From: Eukaryota sp. GEM-RC1
Taxonomy: Eukaryota
NCBI GenBank assembly: GCA_040285855.1
Contig: JAUFOQ010000006.1
Coordinates: 744,001 to 808,000, forward strand
Reading direction: 5' to 3'
DNA length: 64,000 nucleotides
Below, in pieces: positions 24,065-34,769 of this stretch (position 1 is the first letter of the stretch; each line of letters starts with the position of its first letter). The translations under genes were made by a program, and so were the position numbers. The notes under the pieces were generated by a model, which was not told where the DNA came from, searched no databases, and saw only the letters and a program-made list of their open reading frames with translations.

Positions 24065-25380
24065 CTAAACACGAGTGGTATATGACCGTGCTCGAGATCC
24101 ATCAATAAAATCTAAATAATAAGCACCCTTTGGAATCTCCTCTTCAGTTTGAACAGGAGAATATCCAGTAAAATCATCATACTCAACAGCCCTCACCAAC
24201 ATATCTCTACACTTTAAAACCTCGTGGAACTTCTCTGGAGAGCATAGTTCTCTAGTGGATAAACGATACTCCAAGTCAAGAGCCATTGTAGAGAAGGAGA
24301 AGAGGTCATTGGGTTTTTGTAGAGTAAACATGTACATTGATGAACAAAGACCGGAACCGTAGCTAAACATTGCGATTCGCTGTCCTTCTTTAAACTTGAG
24401 TTTCCTATTGGACAAAAGAGACGCCAGCGCACCAAAAATAGAAGCAGTATACATGTTTCCCACTCGCTGACACAACAATTGACCCGGCATGACTTTACTT
24501 GCGAAGAGCTCATTCTCGTCGTTGATTTCGACCCCAGCTTCCTTTTCCAGCTCAATCAACTTATTCACAGCTTTGATTACCATCTTATGAAACGGTGCAT
24601 GAAACAAAAAGTAATCAATCCCATTCATCGTAATCTCCTCCTCATACCTACTATAAAACCTCTCCTTAAACCCAGTCCAACAAGAAGACAAAGCTTCAAG
24701 ATAGGAGTCAATGGAAGTCTTACCATTGACAACAGGGTATTCAGAGGAGAACTGGGGTTTGTAGAAGTCGTGAGCATCAGAGGAGTAGGCATATCGGACG
24801 GGAGAGATGACTAGGGGAGCGTTTGGACCTATTAGGACGGCAACGGCACCGGCTCCTCCAGTTGGTCTTGCTGGTCCTTCTTCATAGACTGCAATGTCAG
24901 CGGCCACCACAACAGCGAATCTACCATCCCAAGAAGATGATTCCACCCAAGCAATTGAGTCAAAGAGAGCCTGTGTGGCTCCGTAGCAAGCGTTGATGAC
25001 GTCACATCCCTCAATGTTGGTGTTGGAGGAAGCAGTAAAGAGACGCATGAGAACAGATTTGACTGACTTAGATTTGTCAACTGAAGATTCTGTTCCAACT
25101 GAGAGACGGCCTATTTGGGAGGGAGGAATGGAATGAGTTTTCAAGAGGTTGGAGACAGCGTTGAGACAGAGAGAGTTGACATCTTCACGGTCACCGCAGA
25201 ATCCCATTTCAAGTTGTCCGAGACCTTTTGTGAGTTTACCAGAAGAAATGTTGTGGTATTGTTCTAGAGTCAACATGGAATGTAAAGCATACCCATTTCT
25301 TCTTGAGAGACATAGAAAGAAGGAACGTATGTTTCAAGAGCTAATATACCAGCATTAAGTGGGTTGTGAGGGATGTTCAT
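24065..25380 (-). CDS. HMGS: Hydroxymethylglutaryl-CoA synthase, eukaryotic type; exons 25380-25293 and 25263-24065
   Basis: GILALETYVP, VGTESSVDKSKSVKS, catalytic INACYG, ARPTGGAGAVA, FHAPF, GNMYTAS, FSYGSG. Removing a 29-nt GT-AG intron gives VSQEEMEQYHN in frame. Confidence 0.95.
25264..25292 (-). other. 29-nt phase-1 spliceosomal intron
   Basis: GTATGCTTTACATTCCATGTTGACTCTAG; contains an in-frame stop, and excision restores the conserved HMGS N-terminus. Confidence 0.88.
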
Positions 25381-26729
25381 TTGGTTGCAAAAGAAAAGTT
25401 TCCTGAACTCAAAGAAAAAGAACAAAATTGGCTTTTTGACTCTCATCATTAACAGTTGACTATATACTACTATTGAACTCAAATAATACGGAAGTATAAG
25501 AGTGGAATTGTGAATTAAGGTAGATAAATACAGCTTGACGAGTCAAAATTGACAACTGTTGATAATTACGAACTGGCACGGTGCCAGTGGCACCACAGTT
25601 GATTTGAGCAACTCATCTATCAAAGTGACACACATACATTTACTAGTAGATAATATTATGCTTAGTGTCGTTATTTCAGAGTCACATTACCCACATGATG
25701 ACACTCTAATGATAACTTCAATAGACACATCATCAAATACATGGTAAAAAGTTCAGCAAACGCATCCAGAAGATAATGTTCAAAAACCATTGGTGAAATG
25801 AATGAAGTAAATGCAGTCTAAACAAATATTGGTGTTAGCGATGATACATGTACACATTCATGTCGTTAAGTCTGGAAAATGTATCGTTAAGCATTCTGCA
25901 ACAATGGATCTCCAATAAGTGTGCAGATTTTACAACACACTTACAGAAAATACATATACAGTATATTGATTTCAAAAAACATACGTCAATCAATAACAAT
26001 GATACCGGAAGAGCTGAAGGGGAAGGTAAAGGGTGTTTATAAAGTGAAATAACGGACTACGTAACCATACTAATACCAACAACAACTACTAGCGACACCA
26101 ATGGCTTGTTGTAATTGTTTGATACGAACTGACTGAAACTGCTTCCCAGTTATATTCAGTAGTGCGAAATAACGTCGTTGTAAAATAGGCTATTTGTTCT
26201 ATGCTTAAATAAAGGTTTCAGACTGTGGTTATCAGAATCAGAATCCGAACAAAACGGCAACACTGGATCTGAATCCGTACTGAAGAAACCTGATCCCAAC
26301 GCCCACTGTTTGTTATACGATTGTCATCAGTACAAAGGAGATCAATTAACACGATTTCCAGTTCTTTATAAATGCGCAGTCCAGATGTATCAATTAGCCA
26401 TCGTCCAATCAACAACTGTGGTTCTCACAATATAGTCTGATGTACTCAATGTGTGTTGTTTTTCGATACATCAATAGCTGAACTCTTTGAAATCGAAAGC
26501 GTTTCATATAAAACTAGGAGCAAGTGGAAATGAACATCCTAAAATAAAGAATCTAACTGCTTAGTTCATCTTGTTCATGTAGAATGTGTTGCCACGAGCT
26601 TGAACACATGTTGGCAACGTGACATGTCACCTAACGACTTGTCAGTGAAATCATATAACATCATGTCAGTCTACTGTAAACCTGTGCTGAAAGGATCGAA
26701 TTCTACAGGCCAACCATTGGCTACACAGC

Positions 26730-27227
26730 ATGAGTGAAGCTGAAATTGTTGACGCCGTTCGCGCATACTGTTCAAGGAATTCCATTAATGTTAGCAGAGG
26801 TATCGCACTTACTATTCAAAAGACTAAAAGCACCGTGTTCGCTTCGGTGATCATTGATTTCACCAATGACAAGGTTTTACGCCACTACCCGTTGCCTGAC
26901 CACTTGATTCAGTACAAGGAGAAGATGCTATCCAACATTTCAATTTGTTACAATGATACAATCAAACCAGACGAGTTGGTAATTAATGAAATCGATGTAA
27001 ATTCGTTTCCGCAGACGTTTCCCTGCTGTTCTAGAATTACCGCAACAAACCCCCGAAGATTAGAACGAGACAGCTTGTTTAATGATTTTCTCAGAGAGCA
27101 AGGTCATCACCCCACAACAATCTTTGAACTGAAAGCAACAAAAGACTGTGGAGCTTTGGTCTACACAAAGTACTTCAAAATTGAACATGGCCGACGGGTT
27201 GAACTGGACATCAAACCTAAGAGATAA
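26730..27227 (+). CDS. Hypothetical protein (165 aa)
   Basis: Clean ATG-to-stop ORF with globular composition; no family recognised. Confidence 0.55.
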   Translation: MSEAEIVDAVRAYCSRNSINVSRGIALTIQKTKSTVFASVIIDFTNDKVLRHYPLPDHLIQYKEKMLSNISICYNDTIKPDELVINEIDVNSFPQTFPCCSRITATNPRRLERDSLFNDFLREQGHHPTTIFELKATKDCGALVYTKYFKIEHGRRVELDIKPKR

Positions 27228-27669
27228 ATTCACGCCTTCAAGAATTACAAATGCACTCATCATGATATGTATTTTGCCATCGATTTGTACTCAACAACCA
27301 ATGGTTCTGGATTCAACAAACATCATATGCGATTGAATCCGTTCACGAGGAATGAGGAGCTTCTGTTAGAATGGCTACCACAATTATAAACAGATTTTCC
27401 AATGTATAATACAAAAACATATATTGTACTCCATGCTGTCTAAAGAATAACACTCGTTAAGTGGTGCAAATCTGATGGGTGTAGTAGAACATAGTGCTTA
27501 ATTTCCCCTGTCCAACTTCTGTCTTGTTAACTCTGTCAATGGACCACATCTTATGTCGTCTTCTCTGATGATCTTCTTCTTCAAAAAACGTCAGTTTTAA
27601 ATTCAACTTCCAAACTGCTTTCGGAAAGGAATGCAACTGATAATTGATGAGTTAAAATCCATCAGAAAA

Positions 27670-29715
27670 TCACTCTAAACTCCCAAAATCTCCTCCAACT
27701 TTAACTGAAACTGGAAACGTCACCAATTCATTCTTCAATAACCTCTGAACAGAATCTTTTGTGACTGAAATACAGTTGTCAATTGAATTCTCCGGAACCA
27801 AGAACACCAACTCGTCATGAATGTGCATGATTGGCTTACACAAAAGAGGTTGCAGCTCGTGACAAAGTAAAATAAACACTTTCTTTACTAAAAACGAAGC
27901 AAATCCTTGAACAATAGTATTAATACATTGTCTCTGAGCTCTTTTGTGATGTGCAGGTTTACTTGAAATCAGATCAGGAAGGGTTCGAGTCCTTTTACAA
28001 GGAAGAATAACACATGGAGGTTCATGGGAGAGAGCAGACGCAATGACTTTTTTCTGGAATTTTTGAAAATTTGGACATATTAATTGACAGAAACTCCTTG
28101 CCAGTGATTTAGCTTCAGATACTGTAATACATAAATCTTCTGATAGTTTCTGAGCACCAACTCCATAAATCATTGCATAACATAGCCTCTTTGCTGACGT
28201 GCGATGACTATCAGACACGTCATCACCTTTGATTCCAAAGAAGTTCTTGGCAATTCCATGATAAACATCATGTTTTGTTTTCAACAAGTTACATAGAACT
28301 ATATCCTGAGATAACAAACCCAAACATCGTAATTCCAAATGTCTGAAATCTAAAGACATTAAAACAAAACCAGTAGGGGTGATTATAGCACTTCTAATAT
28401 TAACTTCGTGCTCAATACTTGAATTCATTGTTGGTAAGTTCTGTAAGTTAGGTCCAGAGCATGAGATACGGCCAGTTTCAGTTGAAGTCAGTGACCATAT
28501 AGGGTGAACTGTGGCATGCTTTTTAGTAACGTCAAAATCCTTGGTTAATCCTTGTATATAAGTACTATTCAGTTTAAATAACTCCCTGTGAGTCAGAATC
28601 ACGTCAACAATGGGATGTTGATCTCTAATACTGGAAAGAACACGTTCGCATGAGCTGGGAACATCAGTTTTGTTATAGATTGATGAAGAAATTGAAGGAT
28701 CTACTGACAATGACAAATGACTGAAGAGAATATCAGAACATTGCTGAGGAGATGATAGAAGGAACTTTCTTTTGGCCAATTCATGAGCCTTGGTTTCTAA
28801 TTGAGCTAGTTTAGTTTTGATTTCATCGTGTTTGCCCAGTACAACTTCGGAGTTGAAGTAAACTCCATGAAAGCTCATAAATGAAAGAATTGGAGCGCAG
28901 AGTAGATCAATTTCTAAAAATTCTGGAAGTTTAATATTGACATTAGTGCACTTTTTTAAAAGACAATACAAATCATGCTTTTTTTGAGCTAACACGTCAC
29001 TTTCAACAAAGTTGATCTCAATTGAAGGTGCTGAGAACGTTTTATAGGACAGATCTGAAACACAATCACATAGACATGTCCACATCATTGCAGGAACTGA
29101 AACAGGTTCAAGATGTGAAGGTACATCAATACCAGTGGAGTAAGTGAAGACTGAGAGATCAAGGATGGCTGTGGTGGAGAAGAAATCAGGTGAAGGTAAG
29201 TCTAAGTGTTGACTGGAGAGAAACTTAGAAAGTGATGAAAAGAAGTGTGTGGAGTTGTGGATGAGTAGTGATTGAGTGTTCAAGTAAGACAACAGCAAGA
29301 TCCAATGTTCAGAGGAAATGGGTGTAATGGAGAAAGTATCGTCGGTTTGAGGAGGGCAGATGTAGAAAGAGCTTTGATGACGATGGATGGCAAGAGGGTA
29401 ACCTTGAACGTGCTGTGAGAACTCAGTGAAGGTGAAGGTCTCGTTGTGATTACAGAGTAAGACGGACATTTCGTTGCTGTTTCTATTGGGTTCTTTGGGG
29501 AGACGCGGAGTGAGGGATAGAGAACTTTCTAGAGCATCTGTAGATATTCGCTTCTTTGGAACAACTGGAAGTAGGCGATTCGAGGATGAAGAAGGGTGAG
29601 AAGAAACTGAAATACTAGATCGGAGCAGAGCTCTAGCTCTAGCAATGGAATCAGACAACGGAGACGACACAACTGGTGGAATGTGTCTGTAAGTAAGTAT
29701 ATTATGGACGTTCAT
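27670..29715 (-). CDS. Family A DNA polymerase, Pol theta/nu-like polymerase domain without helicase
   Basis: FLLSSPQQCSDILF, TETGRISCSGPNLQNLP, motif A SLDFRHLELR, motif B RTSAKRLCYAMIYGVG, RQCINTIVQG, motif C HIHDELVF. Start uncertain; first ATG at 29715. Confidence 0.9.
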   Translation of the reverse strand: MNVHNILTYRHIPPVVSSPLSDSIARARALLRSSISVSSHPSSSSNRLLPVVPKKRISTDALESSLSLTPRLPKEPNRNSNEMSVLLCNHNETFTFTEFSQHVQGYPLAIHRHQSSFYICPPQTDDTFSITPISSEHWILLLSYLNTQSLLIHNSTHFFSSLSKFLSSQHLDLPSPDFFSTTAILDLSVFTYSTGIDVPSHLEPVSVPAMMWTCLCDCVSDLSYKTFSAPSIEINFVESDVLAQKKHDLYCLLKKCTNVNIKLPEFLEIDLLCAPILSFMSFHGVYFNSEVVLGKHDEIKTKLAQLETKAHELAKRKFLLSSPQQCSDILFSHLSLSVDPSISSSIYNKTDVPSSCERVLSSIRDQHPIVDVILTHRELFKLNSTYIQGLTKDFDVTKKHATVHPIWSLTSTETGRISCSGPNLQNLPTMNSSIEHEVNIRSAIITPTGFVLMSLDFRHLELRCLGLLSQDIVLCNLLKTKHDVYHGIAKNFFGIKGDDVSDSHRTSAKRLCYAMIYGVGAQKLSEDLCITVSEAKSLARSFCQLICPNFQKFQKKVIASALSHEPPCVILPCKRTRTLPDLISSKPAHHKRAQRQCINTIVQGFASFLVKKVFILLCHELQPLLCKPIMHIHDELVFLVPENSIDNCISVTKDSVQRLLKNELVTFPVSVKVGGDFGSLE

Positions 29716-29756
29716 TGGTTTGCAGGCAATAGCAATTGCAAAACACAAGATGTGTT

Positions 29757-30570
29757 TTACAAAATTCGTAATACAAAATGTGTTTTACAAGATGTGTAAT
29801 ACAAGATGAAACTATCAAAATTACCTATATTTTCCAATCTTTTCAAAATTAAATATAATTCAAATAAAACACACATACCAGTCTTTTCATCATTTTTCAA
29901 ATACTCTTTCAAAACATGAAACAATTCCACAAGCACATCACTACAATAATGTTCATCAACATTATCCCTATTAATCACATCGCTAATATAACAGTTTCTT
30001 ATTGTTTTCACTTCCATACTTGATGCAGATTCAGATCCAATACAATCTAGTACATTATCGACAATTGACTGAATTCCAATAGTTAAGTCCAATCTGAATT
30101 GTTTTGAAGTAGCAACACGATTATACTCCAAAATAGGAGACAATGATATTGTTTCATAATTCACATTGTCAGTTTGTTGATATTCACATATGGAATCACA
30201 TTTTTCATTTTCAAAGCTTTCAGTCTGAACTTCCTTGAGACAAAATCGTTTTTCATCATCAATAAGAGGAAACACTTGGGAACTTTTTTCTTTCTATACC
30301 AGCACTGACATTCTTATTTAACAATAAATTCTTCGTTGGTAAAGGGGTTTTCTTCAAACGGGGAAGTGATGGTAGAGTAATGTTGCCTCGTGGTAATTGA
30401 GGAAGTTTAGACTTTTTCACATAAATCTCTGGGGAATTTTTGTTAAAAATTGAGTCACAATTAATGAATTTGGGAGGAATATTAGTTTCATCTTCTTCAA
30501 GTTCATCATTTACAACAAAATCATCTAAACTTGTTGAAATTGTATCACTATCTGCTCAGTGCGAATTCAT
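29757..30570 (-). CDS. Hypothetical acidic protein, about 270 aa (in-frame TGA at codon 5 and one frameshift)
   Basis: MNSH*ADSDTISTSLDDFVVNDELEEDE...GIERK is open to about 30285, then a +1 shift at an A-run joins ORF 29757..30275. May be a pseudogene. Confidence 0.5.
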
Positions 30571-30598
30571 CAAATCAAATTTTCAATCTCCAACTTCA

Positions 30599-32629
30599 AT
30601 GCTTCTTCGTTCGGCCTTTCAAGCATGGGAAAAGGGCCGACTTCCCACTCTTGATTTCTTAATGCTTGCAAATTTTGCAGCTGGTCGTTCTTTTGACGAT
30701 ATAGGTCAATATCCTGTTCTACCATGGCTTTTCAGTGATTATACATCATCAACCATATCTTTATCTCCAAAAGGACCTCATACTCGTGACCTATCCAAAC
30801 CAATGGGTGCTCAACTTCCCAAACGAGCTAAAGAGTTTCAAGATCGTTTTGATTCATGGGTCGACAACTCAATTCCTCCCTTTCACTACGGTTCTCTCTA
30901 CTCAAATCCCGGTGTTGTGGTTAACTGGCTAATCCGTCTGGAACCCTTTGCATCAGCCTTAGTCAAGTTACAATCTGGTTACTTTGACTCTGCCGATCGC
31001 TTAACTTCCTCTATTAACGCTGCTTGGAGATCATCTGCCATGGGAGGTCCCAGTGACGTCAAAGAACTTGTCCCTGAGCTCTACTCCTCACCTGACGTCT
31101 TCTTCAACAACTCTCTCGTCCTCGGAACTCGTCAGGACAACATCAAGGTCAACCATCTCGAACTTCCCTCATGGTGTCGCTCCTTCGGTCCTCTCAGTGG
31201 AATGTCCTTTTGCTTCTTCCACCGCCGTATGCTTGACACCAGTGCATCACTTCTTCCTGACTGGTTAGATCTAATCTTTGGTCGTAAGCAGTCAGGCCCT
31301 CCAGCAATAGAAGCTCTTAACACCTTCTACTATGTTGCTTATCCTTCCTCCATGGCTGCCATTCTTAAACTAGGTGACTCTACTGCAAAAGCCTCTGCCA
31401 GACATCAGGTGCATTGTTTTGGGGCTATTCCTAATCAGATTTGGCCTAATGGTTGCCCTCGAATATCATTTTCTTACGGACTACCAAGGAATCTAGCTCC
31501 ATGGTGGCAATCTCCAGACTATTTGAAAAGTGAAGAAATTCCTAGGACTTCTGTTGACTCTCGGTTCATCAACGTGAATTTTGACCTTTCTGGTGACGTT
31601 CCTGTCCCACTTCCTCCTAATGTTTACAGTGGTTCAGAAGGTAATTGGTATGTATCGTCTAGGTATAATACGGGACTAATTGGATTTGGGCCTGAGAAGA
31701 AGTCGTTGGAAGTCATGCATACGGTTACGTTTGCAACTGTGTCGGATTCTTTGTTTTTGTGTGGTACAAGGACGGGGAAATCATTTCTATTCACAAACAC
31801 TTCTAGCAACACGCCACTGCTGTTGACGTGTTTTTCTGGTGTGCATACGTCATCAATAATCAGCACGAGTATTTCACATTTAGATAACATTGTAGCTACT
31901 CTTGATAGTAGCGGTGTTTTTGCGGTGTGGGAGTTATCTGATAGTCATTGTATTTATCACGAGTCCATGCCAGGATTAATCAAAGTAGAGCTTACAGTCA
32001 TTCTTGGAACGCTTTCACTTGCCCTAGTGTCGAAACATTCCATTATTGTTGTTTCTCCTTTCAAAGGTTTAGATGAGATTCGATGTAGCACGCCCAATTC
32101 AACGATGCTACCTTCCATTTCTGGATGTTCACGACCAGTAGAAAAGCTCAATCAATTAGAAAAGATTGGCAGTTTCACGGGAAGTGTTGTTTTGGTCACG
32201 TGTCATTTTGATGGATTTCTACGGCTGTGGAGCTTTAAAAAATCTGAACTTTATTGTGTTAAAAAGTTGGCTCATCGATCTGGAACTTCGCTTCCTCTAA
32301 AGCGTGTCATTTGCTACGAAAAGGGAATAGTTTCATATACTGACCAGTCATGCTTTTTCTGGTCCGTTGATGCCAAGACTTCTGAAGAAGTCAAGAATAC
32401 TAGAGCTAGAAGTGGTAGTAGTACTAGTAAGTGTTTGTGTTGTAAGAGGAAGTTTGGGTTTACCTTAAAACCTTTTGTTTGTGATAGTTGTGATGGTTTT
32501 GCTTGTTCTTCTTGTATGGATAATTTTGTATCTGTTAAGAAATCTGAAAAATCAGTGATGGCAATGAGAATGTGTTTTGTGTGTGCTTTTAATGATTATG
32601 CTGTCCAGTTCTCCTCAAAGAATTCGTAG
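30599..32629 (+). CDS. BEACH - WD40 - FYVE-like protein
   Basis: WEKG...FLMLANFAAGRSFDDIGQYPVLPW, RDLSKPMGA, FHYGSLYS, DVKELVPELY, WLDLIFGRKQSG; WD repeats; C-terminal CLCC..KF...CDSC...CSSC...RMCFVC. ATG 30599 chosen because the upstream part overlaps the divergent gene. Confidence 0.9.
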   Translation: MLLRSAFQAWEKGRLPTLDFLMLANFAAGRSFDDIGQYPVLPWLFSDYTSSTISLSPKGPHTRDLSKPMGAQLPKRAKEFQDRFDSWVDNSIPPFHYGSLYSNPGVVVNWLIRLEPFASALVKLQSGYFDSADRLTSSINAAWRSSAMGGPSDVKELVPELYSSPDVFFNNSLVLGTRQDNIKVNHLELPSWCRSFGPLSGMSFCFFHRRMLDTSASLLPDWLDLIFGRKQSGPPAIEALNTFYYVAYPSSMAAILKLGDSTAKASARHQVHCFGAIPNQIWPNGCPRISFSYGLPRNLAPWWQSPDYLKSEEIPRTSVDSRFINVNFDLSGDVPVPLPPNVYSGSEGNWYVSSRYNTGLIGFGPEKKSLEVMHTVTFATVSDSLFLCGTRTGKSFLFTNTSSNTPLLLTCFSGVHTSSIISTSISHLDNIVATLDSSGVFAVWELSDSHCIYHESMPGLIKVELTVILGTLSLALVSKHSIIVVSPFKGLDEIRCSTPNSTMLPSISGCSRPVEKLNQLEKIGSFTGSVVLVTCHFDGFLRLWSFKKSELYCVKKLAHRSGTSLPLKRVICYEKGIVSYTDQSCFFWSVDAKTSEEVKNTRARSGSSTSKCLCCKRKFGFTLKPFVCDSCDGFACSSCMDNFVSVKKSEKSVMAMRMCFVCAFNDYAVQFSSKNS

Positions 32630-33254
32630 TTATTCTTTTCATCAATTAATTTTGATGATTCAATCATTTGTATGAAACAGAATTTGAATTTCTTAATTCA
32701 TTTTGAATTAGTTGAAAATTGGTACCTTGAACCTTTTGTGAAAGTACCGAAAAAATCGTTTATGTATTCATATCAATTTGTTTATGTTTATCTTCTGTTT
32801 ATTAAACATCATAAAACCCTGTACAGATGAAATTATCGTTACAAAGAGGCGGAAATCGAAGAGGGATCTTCTCTTCAAGACAATTGAGATTAGAGGCTAA
32901 CTTAGAGTATTGAAGTAGGGAGTTTCCGAAGAGTTGCGTAACTATCTAGAAACAAAAAGAATTTCCACCAAATGTTTCAAATGACACGACACTTTCATCT
33001 ACAGTAGTTGCCTGTAAAGTACACGTATCGAGATTATTGGTTAATCAAATCATATAAGTTGAGATGGGATGATTCTGAAAAACAAGAATACGTTCTCTAT
33101 CATTTGTTGTGTTGTCAGAGTGAGACAAACGTATATCAATGATGATCGTAGAAGAATACTTTTGCAGCATTGCTCTTGTGAATTCATCCTTTGTTAAAGT
33201 TTTATTAAAGTTTCCAGATATCATCTTTTGACGATATCTGCTTAAACCATCTCT

Positions 33255-34121
33255 ATGAATTCATTCGACATAGAGTTTTCAGACTACCCCAGTCTGGAAG
33301 CACCATTAGTGTTACATTTGTCAGGTCTTAGATGTCATATCTGTCACGGAGATTTAGATCTCCATGAACAACACTTTAGAGACAACCTTCGAGTGATTTG
33401 TAAATTACTATCAGAATCCCTTGTAGCAGTTCATATACAAGAATCATGTCTTCAATTGCCAGAGCATTGTGAACCTTCCAAGATTCTCTCATGTCTAATG
33501 AAAGGACTTGTGGAGATAGATCCTGAGATATTGGAAGTTAAGACCAGACAGCTACACCAAGCAACCTGTATTTGGCATAGAGACTGTGAGTCTGAGCATC
33601 ATCGAAAGCCATTGATACAACTAACGAGCTCTATTAACAACCAAGCATTTAGTATAATTGAACAATGTGACAAAGAGAGCGATGTCTTTCTTGTCCATGA
33701 CAGAGTGATAAGAATGGGAGTGGCTGAACTGCTGGTGTTTGAAAAGTCATCTATTGTGTTGGGCGTATTGCACCAAGACGAAGACCAACACATTTTGTCA
33801 CAATATCTATTATATACTTCAAAAGATGTGAATGGACAGCATAACTTCACGTTGCTCAAGTACGAAAGCATCTCGTTAAACGATTCGCTTCAAACTTTGT
33901 GTCTACACAGTGGTGCTCTGCTTATGTATTCTCTAGTGGTAAATGAACAGAACTTTTTGAACGACGAGGCGACATCGTTTATTTCAGGTTTAGTTCGTTA
34001 TAACGAAGTGGAACTCCCGTTAGAGCATTCACTTGTTGTTGAAGAACATAAAAACTTGGAGCTTAGTTTGGTACCTCCACAGTGCATGGGTGATATGATT
34101 TTGGATCTTTATGGGGAATGA
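33255..34121 (+). CDS. Hypothetical protein (288 aa)
   Basis: Clean ORF with CHIC and His/Cys clusters; no family recognised. Confidence 0.55.
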   Translation: MNSFDIEFSDYPSLEAPLVLHLSGLRCHICHGDLDLHEQHFRDNLRVICKLLSESLVAVHIQESCLQLPEHCEPSKILSCLMKGLVEIDPEILEVKTRQLHQATCIWHRDCESEHHRKPLIQLTSSINNQAFSIIEQCDKESDVFLVHDRVIRMGVAELLVFEKSSIVLGVLHQDEDQHILSQYLLYTSKDVNGQHNFTLLKYESISLNDSLQTLCLHSGALLMYSLVVNEQNFLNDEATSFISGLVRYNEVELPLEHSLVVEEHKNLELSLVPPQCMGDMILDLYGE

Positions 34122-34769
34122 AAAGACAAGTATTCTGCAGTAGTATTGTATTACTTTGTAAAATATAGATTATCCAACGATCTACATGTACTACAATACA
34201 GTAGATTAAAACGGTTTGCATTTTTGAGCTCAACAATTTCCACCCACAACAGACCTCAAATGTTATCATATTCTCTTTTAGCAAACGACTTTGATTGATG
34301 TAAAACCATACCATAACCTAATGGGCTTTCATTATGTAATGTTGAACTGTATGATGTAGGGTACGTAATAACGTGGATGTTGTATTTGATTTTATATATA
34401 CAACTATAAGCTAGTGAGTCAAAAAACAAATTCTACGTTCTTTAATAACTAGGAATGTTGCGTTTTCTAGGAGTGGAAGATGAACCATATACACTTAGGA
34501 TTTAAGATCTTCTAAATGAATCTTTTTTAATTTTTAAAATCTTCTCAGTTCAAACGTATTGATTGAAGAGACATTATGAAAAATCCCCAACTATTAAAAG
34601 GAGACGTGTTACTACACTATCTCTTTTTTAAAAAAAGTCCAGTGGAAGGTGGGTAGTGAAAATAGATGATATACAGTGGAACCATAACACCGTCAGTACT
34701 TGCTCACGACAGACTACTGGTATTAGAGCCAAACCATTGGAAGGAAACACAGGAACCTATGAAAGTCAA

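Noticed and set aside
650..29715. Helicase + TERT + family A polymerase as a functional genome-maintenance cluster
   Set aside because: Separated by unrelated genes with no shared regulatory signal; proximity alone is not evidence in a eukaryote.
30556..30558. Reassigned TGA or selenocysteine
   Set aside because: TGA, TAA and TAG all terminate other genes here; a single case with no SECIS recognised.
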